Shown here: positions 11,717-23,489 of the stretch, one piece after another | How the letters are laid out: each line of letters opens with the position of its first letter | Numbering within the stretch: position 1 is the first letter of the stretch | Assembly (NCBI GenBank): GCA_010909165.1 | Contig: MU008190.1 | Span: forward strand, 186,001-250,000 | Reading direction: 5' to 3' | From: Anthoceros angustus | Taxonomy: Eukaryota; Plantae; Anthocerotophyta | DNA length: 64,000 nt | The notes under the pieces: model-generated | Databases searched by the model: none | What the model was told of the DNA's origin: nothing | The model's input: the letters and a program-made list of their open reading frames with translations, nothing else | Position numbers and translations under genes: made by a program

Positions 11717-12063
11717 GTTGGTTAGGACCGGTTTGTACATACTATGTGCTTTGGCCATGGGGTGACGCGAGTTGTACCGCGGTGTCTCCTGAATTATTTG
11801 ATGTAAATGGAAGCGATGAATTTTCGCTGTACCAGTATTCCTAGTATGCAGTTTCTAACCTGTCCTTACCGCATGTATGAGACGCTGTGACGGAACAACA
11901 TACGCATCAGACTCCAGGCTCTGAGGGCATAGCTTGGAGTTCCTACTTAGCAACTGCGCCACTGAGGCGGATTCTGGCGAGTCCCCGAAAATAGATGTTT
12001 GACAGCTTCAAGAACACATATATCTATGGGGTCTCCTTGTCCTGGACAGGAATTCCAAGCCAG

Positions 12064-12141
12064 TCTGGTGAGCACATCTTGGAATCGAGCAGCCCTCGCT
12101 ACTCTGGTGAGCACATCTTGGAATCGAGCAGCCCTCGCTAC
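12064..12141. repeat. Exact 39-bp tandem duplication
   Basis: TCTGGTGAGCACATCTTGGAATCGAGCAGCCCTCGCTAC x2. Confidence 0.95.
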
Positions 12142-14539
12142 ACAATGTATGTTGAAAGGGCCCCTGGTGTCAGCGTTTGAACCGCCGGCAATCGACACCT
12201 ACGTCCTGTGGTAGGCGTGGAGGTCCAGCACCAGGGAAGTAGAGAATATGAGCAGATGTCGGCCACGAGCCAAGCAGCCTATGATTCCTTCCTTGGACGC
12301 AACTTGGACTAGGCCAGGGAAGATTTGTATAGAGCGGGCATCTTGGGGCTAGTCAACCATAACGGGCATCTCTCTTGTGTCAATCCCTAGCCCCGATTGT
12401 TGGTCCGTGAACGTTTGCATTAAACTCGTCTCTGCAACTTGCAGCCTTGGCAAGTTACCTACCTGTTTAAACGTGTGCAGATGCACGAGGCATGTACAGG
12501 TAGCACACGGGGTGCCCAAAACTCTCTCTCGGCTCTCGGGATGTCTTTTTTCGCACGTCGATGTCACTAGGGTCAGATTCCAAAGAAGAGGTGATAGGAA
12601 TCCAGATTGGCCCCCGGCAGAGTATGACGGGTGCCTGCAGTTCATGTAAAGAGACAAAAGAGAGCAGCTGTTGCTTTGGAGACATGATTCTTTACCCTGC
12701 AGGCTCTTGAGAGGAAATGCTTAACCCCCTGGGTGAGGCTATTTGGAACAAGGTGAAGGAGATACAGGTGTGCCTGACACAAGCTCTCTCAGATTCCTCG
12801 GCAAAGCTGAAAGCAGCACGCAGTGGCAACATTCGACTGGTTAGGGCAGGGACTGCAGCCAGCGTATGGCCGTTGCTGGTGGGCTCACAGGTTCTGCAGC
12901 TGCTTCCAGAATGGCTCTCCAGTCTGCATCCTCGTCACGCAGTGGCCACGCATGCATGCAGGAAACTGGAGAAGTGAAACAGCAACAGAGAGAGGTCGGT
13001 AATTCGGACTCCTCCAATACCCATGCTGCCGTCCAGGGGCCAGGTCTCCAGGGTCCAGACACTTGTCGTGTCAGCTTATGAGCTTCCACCATCACATTAT
13101 ACCAACGGCCCTGCACCAAGATTGCAAAATCTTGAAGATGTGAGACAGCTTGAAATGTGTACATGTTTTCCGTGTGTGTTGCCATTAGCAGGCACCCTGG
13201 CAGCAGCATTCTTATGACCTGCCGGTACAGCTGATTTCTCACACGGCTCGAACACAGCCAAGCACTTGTCCTAGCTTTCTGAAAGATGAGATGCCTGCCT
13301 ACGCCTGCATGGGCAGAGGGTGTTGGCTGGCAGAAATTGCCAGGGCACGACAACAGTTGTTTTCATACGTAAGTAGCCAGGTTCCTAATAACTTGCCAGT
13401 CGGACCCGTTTACAGTACCTCGGTCTCGATTCCTTTGACGCGCGTGAAGGCAGATACCATGGGGTAGATATGTATGTATGATGCTTTGGGTATGGGTGGA
13501 TGCCAGAAGTTCAGACAGGATATTTGTGTGTTCTGCTGTGTGTCAGACGGTAGGTGCTGCTTTCGCTTTTGCCTTCGATTTACGTTTGCTATGGCCTGCA
13601 TGGTTTGCTTGGTGAAATCGTGCTTGGCAGGATTCCACCCTGCTCGTTTAGTAAAGCAGAGTTTCCCCAGGCTGACACACCACGGTCACCAGCAGCTGTG
13701 GAGATGAGCTGATGTCCAGACGACTACATCCACTGTGCACACACACCGGAGTGCAGCAATCACGCAGCCCTGAAAGTACATTGCAGCTGCTTTAGGATGG
13801 CACAGAGATACAACGTCCGCTGTACATATGTCTGTACAGTGATCGGGGCGCCCGGCTCTGTGAGCAGCATGTGGAACGCAATTGCAGGCCCGGCATGGTC
13901 CAATGGCATTGCGTAGCTTGTTCTCCAGACTGCCGAGTTGCGCAAGCCACGGTACCAGATTCGTGCTCTGCATTAATGCTGTTTTGACTGACTGCTTCCA
14001 AGCAGTACCATCCTTTCATGGGGAGTGGTGAGATCGCGCAATTACACCACCCACGTGATGGGGGGGCGGGAAGGTGGAACCTGCGACGTTGCAGAGACCA
14101 GACCCGGGCAGCGGAGACGGACAGCGTCGGCCATGAAGTGCCGCCTGCAGCATTGAATGGAACGAGTGAGATGGAGCAGACGGCACCTCGGTCTGCCTTT
14201 CCAGATTCACGAATCACACCACGCCACGCAAAGCGCAGTTTATACAGTCCTGCCCCTGGTCCACACCTTTCGTAATAAGTACCGGGCTCCTGCCTTGAAG
14301 GAGATGGTGCAGCACTGGCTGCGTCCAGATCGGAGAGAAACGGCAGTCCACCAACCCCACCAGGCAGTCTCGACTCTCCACACACTACCAGCATGGCTGC
14401 CCTTGCTAGGGCCCTGGCCACTTCTACTACTGCGCGGAAACAGCAGCCTCACAGCCTAGGCAGGCAGGCTTCTAGATTGCAAGCTGCAGCTGGTACCTGG
14501 AGCCCACCAAGGCATTACACTACTACTCTCACATATGGA

Positions 14540-14712
14540 GTTCCTTCACCTGACTCAATCATGCTACTCAGGCCATTTCCTTTTCCTGAAATCCCCATCC
14601 TCAATCATGCTACTCAGGCTAGTTCCTTCACCTGAAATCCCCATCCTCAATCATGCTACTCAGGCTAGTTCCTTCACCTGAAATCCCCTTCCTCAATCAT
14701 TCTACTCAGGCT
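14540..14712. repeat. 46-bp minisatellite, ~3.5 copies
   Basis: Unit CCTGAAATCCCCATCCTCAATCATGCTACTCAGGCTAGTTCCTTCA starts at 14585, 14631 and 14677, with a degenerate copy upstream. Confidence 0.9.
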
Positions 14713-16181
14713 GGCAAGAAACTTCAACTCATTCCAAAGATTCATGAGGACAGCTGCAGCAGAAAGTGGGCCTCCGGCCAGGTGAGATTTGAGATATCCC
14801 GACCCTGCGATGCTTGCACTTGCAGCATCCTTCCCGGATACCAGCCATCCAAGCAAAGCAAGGCAAGGCAAGGCAAGGCAAGGCAGCCAGCCACCTGTCC
14901 CGGGCGGGGGTAGATGAATAGCCTGTTACAAGTGCGGGAAGCACATGCAAACAGTGTCGCGGAAAGGCGCCTCAGAGATGTATTTGAATGTATTGGGAGG
15001 CCATGTGGGCGGTGGCCCGAGGGATGTACCGCGCAGTACTTTGTTAGTGGCGGTGAAAACCCCAAGGAGGCCAACGGTTTGCGCGGATCAATGCTGATAT
15101 GCAACAAGGGTTTTAGTAAGGCGAGTCTCCAGAGCGCAGCTTCCCATGCGCACGTTAGCCTTATCTCGGGTTCCAGGCCACCACACATTGACACTTTGAC
15201 ATCCCCAGCGCCCCACCGCATTCCCAAATTCCCAGGCAGCCGCGGGCCCATCCCAGCGTGCTGTGCAGGGCGGTGTGCAGGGCAAGCTACACAGGAAGCA
15301 GCAGCAGCAGCAGCAGCAGGGAGACGGAAGCAAGAACGGCGAGGGGAAGATACATATCGGAAGCTCTGTTCCCAAGCGAATGACAGGAGTAGTAGTACTA
15401 TTTCTGCTGTGCAGACATACATTACTGAAGACCACTGGCATAAAGAGTGTGGAATTGCACATTGAACACTGCACATTGCCTTTGTCACAGGCCTCTGCCG
15501 CTGCCGTTGGCGCTGGTCAGGGCTCTGGAGTCAGGAGCCTACAGTTACAGTGGCCGCGCTCACGTGATGGGCGAGGCCATGCTGACGCACAAGGCCGGAA
15601 GAGTTGGAGCAGGCCGTGGTGTGTGTGAGCGCGTGTTGTCAGAGAGAGCAACAGGCAACGAAGGTACACGCCTGTGTTGTGCCTTGCGGTAGCGTGAAAG
15701 TGTACATTCTGATGCTGATGCTGATGAGAGAGGACATTTGTTTTTAATAACACAATTACACTCTGTCACAGGTCACAGGAGGAGTCAGGAGCAGCAGACG
15801 CGCGCTCTGGGCCGACCAGCGGGCGGGCTGCGAGTCGCGGGCTCGGGCTCGGGTCCCGAATCGCGGATCTGGTGCCACGACCGGTAGGTAGGGGCGGCAG
15901 CGCGACCGCCGGATACCAGGCACGCATACAAGGTCCGGTTCATACAAGAAACATATTCAACAGATTCTCGTTGGTCACTTTCATCATGCTCGTTGCTTGG
16001 TGCAAACGCCAAAACTATCGATTTATTATTCAATTTTTGTGGGGACGATGACTATGTATTACACGGATTGAAATAAGACATGCGCGTGAGAGAAATTGGC
16101 TGTAGTAGGGGTATTCAGCTTTGGGCAATTTGAACCGTCATTCAGCTCAGCATTTTCCCGTTTCTCCTAAGCGGAGAGCTT

Positions 16182-17394
16182 TATGGAATACAGATATCTT
16201 CACGGGCCATCCATATCTTTTTAAGGTTATGTACAGAAAGAAATAGTCCCGCCGCATGTGGCAGGACTATTTCTTTATGTCACAGATGACCACATCGGTG
16301 TTCGGTGCAGGCCCCCGGTGTACCGATCTCGTCAAGCTGATGATGCACACCACCGTTTTTTCTCTTGCCCACTTGTGGTTAGGGTAGCGCCAGCCACTAC
16401 AGGCACGTTTGGTGAGGACCCTGATGATGGGCCCTGCCCAGCCTTCCCCTTTCCCCCGCTCCCATCCATTCCCTTTCATGCAAGGAATGCAGTTTGTTCC
16501 CCGTCCAATCCCACGGGCGCAGTCGGCTGCACCTCGCCATGCTATGGCACAGCCGGCTACACCCACCTCTTCCCCGTTGCAGGTTCCTCCCCCTTAGGCT
16601 GCGCCGAGGCAGCCTCCGAACGTGGAAGAGCAGGGGCCACGCTCTGGAGCACACGAGGATGGTGGCCCCGCTTTGCAGCTCTTCCGAGATTGAGTGAAGC
16701 ATGGTTTGTGGGTACGCGTTTTGAGAGCTCCTACCATGAGGTGGGAGCACAAACTTGAACATGTGCCTTGTTTTTGTGACTGCAATTGCGCAAGCATGAC
16801 CCCAAGTGTGGGGTTTTCTGTTTGAAATTTGGGGTATCACTTCAAATGCTTCTGATGGCCTGGACAAGCCATGAAGGTTGTCTAAAGTGGCCTAGATGCC
16901 TTGTCCATGCCATCAGATGCTATGTGATGAAGGCGAGTTATGAGAAATGAGACAAGGGACCCTAAACCTCTGCCTAGGCTAAGCCTCTTATGCTGCATAA
17001 TGCATAAGCCTTAGGTGCATGTTGTAGCCACTGTCACACGAGAGTGAAGCCTGTACGCGAGAGCGAAGCCTTCATGCGAGAGCAAAGCTTGCAAGCGGGC
17101 CAAACTTGCGAAATAAAATGTGTGTGTGTGCACTACCGTGTGTAAACATGTACGTGTGGTGATCGTAACCCTAAAACCCAAACAACAAAACTTCTACATG
17201 ACACGATGGGAACACTGGGCCAAAAGTGTGTGATAGAAAGTTTTTTGTCCGCGTACAACACTTTCCAGGCTGATGTGGCACGTATTATACGTGTATTACA
17301 TGAAAGAATGTTGAAGATGTCGTGGCATATTTGAGTAAGGCAAAAAAAACAATGTCACACACACAATGGCCCGTGACGAAAACGATATCCCATA
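16182..17394. mobile_element. Older, diverged member of the same TATGG-terminal MITE family
   Basis: Left end TATGGAATACAGATATCTTCACGGGCCA, right end TGGCCCGTGACGAAAACGATATCCCATA; flanks GAGCTT / GAGGTG (4/6 match). The right ~120 bp align with the right end of 5375-6216; internal CGATCTCGTCA near 16324. Confidence 0.8.
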
Positions 17395-18971
17395 GAGGTG
17401 TTTTACTTTTTCTTTAATTCTTTAGAGGCACTCCAACTCTATGTTCCTCCTCTGTCAACCCCTACACTACTTCCTTGAGAAAATTGGGCCGCTTCCCAGT
17501 ATCATTGCATGTACCCTTCTTTTTCATTTTTTGTATCTTCACCTCATCAATAGCCGGAAAGCTAGTCGTTCCAAAGTGGCAGCCATGAGTGCACATGTTG
17601 TTTTCTTGCACAAATTTTTAATTGCAATCTTTGGCCATTAGGATGAACCAAACAAATTTGCAAATTGCTTTAATTGTTGCAAGAACCCATAAATTATTGC
17701 CTGGCCTTATCGAGTCAAGTAGGCCCATATAGTGCCAGACCCTTGCCTAAAGCGGGCGGGAGAGATCTGTGGGCATGATGGACTATATAGGATCCCTTCT
17801 AATCGATTCGCCGTGCTGACTTCTGTGCCATTGTAATTCGAACTGCAGCAAGTATAGAAGTTGGAGCCACAAATTTGTGGCCATAACTTTTCTTCCTCAC
17901 CATCCCTCTTGCAATGCGATCTCTGCCACACGCTCATCCCACCTTCTTGCTTTTACCACACATTTCACCCTCTTCGATGTGCTACGATTTATTCTCCCTA
18001 GATTTGTTTCCATGGGACACTTGTGGGGCCAGCTTGTGCAGAAGTTCACTTGTGTTTGACAGGTTAGCATTTTGCTTTTTGTAAAATTGATATTTTACCT
18101 TAATTTAATATAAGCTACAATTTATGGTGGAGCTGAGATGGAAATTGTTAACGGGCTAAACTGCGGGATTGAAATGAGGAGTGAAATATAATTTTATTGG
18201 GAATAATATCTTTCTATATTTAGAACACTTAGAGATTATTGTGGAAGCCCCAAGAGATGACTTTGCAGCACATGAGGATCTCATGAAAAAAAAACAACAA
18301 GCTTAGTATGTGGACATAGCTAGTATTACGAGCTCTTGAACATTGTTTGCTTTCGCAAGCGAAGTGGATTCTCATAATGGAAAATCTTCAATGCAGTCCA
18401 TGGCTCAAGTGTCCGAGATTTGGTTTCCAACAAGCAAATATTTCAATCTGGACCGTAAATTTACATCATATTTCACTTTCAGAATTCTAGTCTCATGATT
18501 AGTATGTCATATTATTCTACGTCTTGTTTATAGGGTTTAGGAGCCTCATCAACCATAGAGATGAAGCCAACAATCGAAGCTGTGGAAACAGTGACTATAG
18601 AACACATCTCTCTGTTGGTGCGATGCCAATGTGTGCTGCCTTGGATGCATGTGCACCGATGAAAGTGATTACGAACGACCTAGAGGTTGCGAGTGTTGTT
18701 GGTGTTAATATTGGATCCAAAGATAGTAAGAATTGCGATGATTTTTTAAGACGATTATGAGTGCAAGAAAACTTTCTATATTTTGGAGTACAAGAATGTA
18801 AATCATTTTCATATTCTTCTCATTACGCTAATTGCATATAAAGTTTGTGTTGAAGAATTTTCTCTTGTACAGTGGTTTGTTATTGCATATTGATATACCT
18901 CTTCTCCAAGATACATTATAATTGTGGATAGCTCATTTAAAGGTTTTTGGATTGGTCATTTTAGGGTTTGC

Positions 18972-19092
18972 AGATTAGCCATTTAAGGAACTATGGATTA
19001 GCCATTTAAGGGTCTATGGATTAGTCATTTAAGGGTCTATAGATTAGTCATTTAAGGGTCTATGGATTAGTCATTTAAGGGTATGTGGATTA
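18972..19092. repeat. 23-bp tandem repeat, ~5 copies, within degraded AT-rich TE-like DNA
   Basis: Unit TATGGATTAGTCATTTAAGGGTC. Confidence 0.9.
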
Positions 19093-21087
19093 ACCGTTTT
19101 AGAGTTTAGGGTTATCAATGTCTTATGTGTATGTTATTTGGGTTGTGGATTCTATTCCATTTTGTTGATAGCTATCAAGTTTTATTATTCCTTCATCTAT
19201 GGTATACAAATAGTCAATTTGTGGACATGTTTGCATTACAGAAAAACTTCTATGTATGTAAGTAACAATATTCGCCTTTCCTTTCAGGTGCTTCATATGT
19301 CGTTGCAAGATATCCTGCATATAATGGACATCACTTTAGTGACTATCATATTCCTCTCATAAAAAATTACTTGTTCGGAATCATGAAGAGTCTTATAACT
19401 GCTACAGAATTCTAACAAGCAATAGATTCTGCAAGTTTTTACACTTAGTAAGCGCAAGATCATAATTGCCATCGTTATCCACAATCAGGTCCTATTCATG
19501 GCATGACAGGTGAGCGTCAAGGTCAATGTCATGTAAAAGGTCATTCTAATTACTTTAAAGTGAACTTACTTTAACACCAGAATGCTGGATAATCTAAAAT
19601 TGAGACTTTTGACCTAATTTTGGAGTCTAGGTAATTTCTTCTAATTGTTAAGTCAAAGTTCTTTGAAAAGTTTTGCTTTGCGGAGAAGCTATTTCCACTC
19701 ATCCTCCCCATCAAATTGTAAGTTCTTTCAATCTCGTTGCATTGTTTCTAGAAGTGGCCCATCAAGTCTAACCAGACATATATGGTAGGTTTTATAAGGT
19801 GCATGGTACGAGGTCTCTATGGGAGGAATTGCTAGTGGTTATGGTATATTCGCGGTCCCGCCACAGTTATTGGATATCCTATCGGATTCGTGACTAGGTT
19901 GTCTTATCTCTCTATCTCTACAGCTCGCTGCCAATAATAGCATCTACCTCACCACCTGTGTCATCATTCTCTTTTATTACCAATCCCTTTTTTTATGGAC
20001 ATAGGACCCAGTAAAAAATCGGCTACCACGTGTCATGCATATACGGCGGCTAGTGATGAACTTTGGCCAATAGTCGCCGAGCCTTTCTAGCCAGTGGGAG
20101 CCGATTTTTACAAGCGTATAGGGACGCTGCCCACCTTGTCGTCGCCAAGGGAGGAGCTAATCTAGTAGAGGGTGCATGTAGCTGGGAGATAGGAATTGCG
20201 CTACGAGGTTGTGCACTTGTGCCATTACTACATCATGGCATAACTGAAAGATGCTGACCATTTTTACTCCTTTGATGTAATAGAAGAAAAGGATCGAAAA
20301 CAGACTCGATGTGCACGGCATGTGGTGCGGTAGTTAGTAGGTTAGATATTGGTGTGAACCGTTAGGCTACGTCATAGAGGAAGGGAATGGTAGTGTGTTT
20401 CTTTTTTGGGAGTGCCACAATTGAGTAGTGTATGCCCTTGGTTTTGTGATGGTGGTTGAAATTGTGCATATGGGTTGGATGGGTGACAAACTACTTAGAA
20501 AAAGTGCTACCTTTTTGGATAATTGACCGTCTAAATATATCCTATGTAGGAAACTTCAAGGGGTTGCTTTCGAAGCAGCCAGGAGGTACACACCTAAGAC
20601 CTATACAAGCTTGAGATTTATCCAAAACTAGTGATGAGATTATGTCCCCTCTAATGATCTGGATTTATAGGATGATCTAATAGCCTATACAAATGAAAAA
20701 AAAATGAATCAGTCCGAATTTCCCAAAAAGTACCTTGAGGCAATTTGGGGTTAAGAAAGAAAAGAAAGGATTATATGTATTTGAATAATTATTTTTAACC
20801 ATTTACCTATATCAAAAGGGATCAAATTAGTATACCATGAAATTAGGTAAGCGAAAATTGAATACTTCCATGTGCACTTTGACATATCTATAAAGTCTCT
20901 AAATTTACTTATCGAAAAAGAGAAAATTGAATGAGCTCATTAGGGAGATACTTTATATTGGAATGGTTAATTTGTTTTGACCGCCTGCACCCAAAATGCC
21001 AGCGGGGGCCGGACCGGCGCGAGATTGGGTGGGGGGCTAGACGTACCCATGTTATTAACACTTTATTTCACGTTAATTGTCAATAAC

Positions 21088-21130
21088 GACGGTTTGGCCG
21101 AGTGGTCTAAGGCGCTGGATTTAGGCTCCA

Positions 21131-21162
<32 letters not shown>

Positions 21163-21167
21163 CGTCA
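21088..21167 (+). tRNA. trnL-UAG: tRNA-Leu (anticodon TAG)
   Basis: GACGGTT/AGCCGTC acceptor stem, D-arm TGGCCGAGTGGTCTAAGGC, anticodon arm CTGGA-TT-TAG-GC-TCCAG, variable arm, T-arm GGTTCAAATCC; upstream CAA; TTTT about 30 nt downstream. Confidence 0.97.
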
Positions 21168-22861
21168 TCACAGAGCATTAGTCTATTGGATTATTGGGCT
21201 TTTGATCCATAAATAACGGGAATAAGATAGTGGATGTGACAAATGCAGTACGTAGTCAGATTTTGCCGAGTGGTCGAAATCGGACCGAGAGTGCGTGGGT
21301 TAAAATTATACAAATCGTCATGTTGCAACTGCCCCTTTTGGGCGTGTCGATGGACGAACAATGGGACTGAGGTAGTAGCGCTTACTTGGTAGTGAGGTGT
21401 AAATTGCGAGCGACGGGAAATGGGAACTGGGAAATGGGTAGAAAAAGAGAAGGGCCCTCCGAGGGCGCAGGCGCCGAGACGCGGGAGTTGCATGGGAAGA
21501 GGAGCCGAGCAAGTGAAGTGCGGCGCGTGATAGACACTCCATAACTTGGCCATGTGAGGAGGTACTAGGAGGTGAAAGTGGCGGGCCCCAGCGTGCGGGC
21601 GGGCGTGCATGAAGGCGGGCCCGATGCGTGTCGCGTCCCCGGGGGACAGCGCCCGGACATCGCGGGCCCACTTGTGCCGACGCCAAATTTAATGGGCGTA
21701 TGGCGGCCCCACCGGCAGCGGTGGGGCCGGACGGCCGTGGCGGACCGCGACACATGTCCTGCTATCTCAGGGGGGCCAGCCGGGCCGTGTCCTGGTGTTT
21801 CGCGGCAGAGCGCACCCTCCACAATGCCAAGGCCCAAGCGATCATCCTGGATTCCTGATTCCTGTCGGCGACGATCGCCCACTTGCACACTTGGAGACGC
21901 TCGAGACCCGGTGACCCGGTCTTCCAGGGCTAGGGCTGACCGGCAGCCCCGGACCACGGACACGTGCGGTAGGGTCGCTCCAGTCTCTCACTGTTGGGTG
22001 GGGGCACCTGGTGACCGGCGAAGTCGGTGGAGACGTCTCGCCATTGGCCTGATGGGAATCAAGGCGTCTCACCCGAGAAGGGAGACGATGAGCAAGCCCC
22101 AGTTTCGGCGCACCTCCAGGAGTCCATTTGCAGTAACTGTTACAGCAGTTGGGGGACAAGCCAAAAGCCAAGCCAAGCTAGCTGGGTTGTTGTTGTGCAC
22201 CCATTTGCCCGACGGCATGCAAAATGCATCTTCCTTCCTTCCTTCCTTCCTTCCTAGGAGCCTTTGCTCGCAGCTTCCCTCCGGCCCGCTGGCACGGTCC
22301 AACTCCAACAGGCCTGGCGAGCGCTGCTGGCAGCCTGTTCTGCAGACCGTGCAGGTGCTATAACGGTAGAAGCCACTCGCCTTCCAGTCTACAGCGTCAT
22401 GCCTGTCATGCGACGCTTTGTTGGGTCAGGGTGAGAGCCGGCGTGCGCTGATGTGGGTGGCAATGCAGTTTTAGTCAGGCCAACTTGGTGCCAAGATTTG
22501 CTTTTCTGGGCGGCTGTCACATGTACAGTTGGGAGGAGGGAGAGGGTGGAGGAAGAGGCCTGAATCGGGCCGGGCGGGCGGCCTGGGTCTGGCCCTTTGC
22601 TCATGAAGGACACGACATGGATGATCTGGTTCAAGTAAGATGGTAATGTGGAGTCCGACCAAAGGCACCGCAGCGGGCAGACTGTTTCTGGACCGACCTT
22701 GTCCGGCATTCCAGCGCATTAAACAAAGTTAGGATATTGCTTAATAGACGCCAGCAAGCAAGCCAAGTGCGAGCCCGCATTGTGTGCAAGGACGGGCCCC
22801 GGCCCCGGCCCCAGCCTCAGGCGGGAGGGACATGCCCATGTAACCGGATCTTTGCGCGTCG

Positions 22862-22869
22862 CTATAAAG
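22862..22869 (+). promoter_or_regulatory. Probable TATA box of GH3-1
   Basis: CTATAAAG followed by a long CT-rich leader (22910-23170). Upstream are TGTCGG (~21863), GGGACA (~22153, ~22827) and a G-box CACGTG (21961). Confidence 0.5.
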
Positions 22870-23489
22870 ATGGCCACATCGTAGGATCTCTCAGGACACG
22901 CCTCCCATTCCATTCTCGGCTCTCCCTTTTCTTCTCCTCTCTCCCCCTCTGTTCTCTCCTGGTCCTGTTTCTGCTCTCGCCTGCTCTCGCCTGCTCTCTT
23001 GCTCCCTCGCCTCTCTGAGAGCTAGCTGGTCTGGTCTGGTCTCTTGCTCAAGCTCTTGCTCTTGCTCTGCTCTGCCTTTGCCTCGGCCAAGAGTGCCTTC
23101 CTTTCCATCCTGCTGGAGCCTTTGCTCTCCGGAGCCAGCTGCTCCTGTCCCTTTCCGGTCCTCCTTTTCCTGCCCGTGGCGGGTGACTCGTCTCTGCTCT
23201 GAGCTGTAGATATATGGAGATGGTAGTCCGTCAATTGCTCTCTGCTGGCACCCGCTCTGCTGCTCCCGCTCGCTGTTAGTTCAGCCTGCTCGATCGGCTG
23301 GCACAGCTGCTATTTTTTGTTTCCGTCTCGCCCACACGCGTCTTCTTTCTCATCGCCCCTGCAGCCTTCAGCTCTATCTGGGTGGCTAGCGAGCTAGCTG
23401 CTGCTGGTGCTGCTGTACAGCGGGCCTTGAACGTCGCAATTTGTTTGCCCTTCAGAGTCCTGTCCCCCGCCCCCTCGGCCCCTCCCGCA

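Noticed and set aside
11950-12350. L1 3'-end relic downstream of PARP
   Set aside because: Only a vague Trp-rich resemblance, insufficient to call.
12350-14500. Possible gene between PARP and the second MITE
   Set aside because: Scattered splice-like signals, but no recognisable protein or consistent exon chain.
14540-14712. CRISPR-like arrays (also 18972, 37086, 53357)
   Set aside because: Head-to-tail repeats with no unique spacers, no cas genes, and a eukaryotic context.
15076-15095. miR171-like sequence
   Set aside because: Several mismatches and no miRNA-type hairpin.
23382-23489. GTG-initiated N-terminal extension of GH3-1
   Set aside because: ATG 23490 has good context and gives a normal-length GH3.
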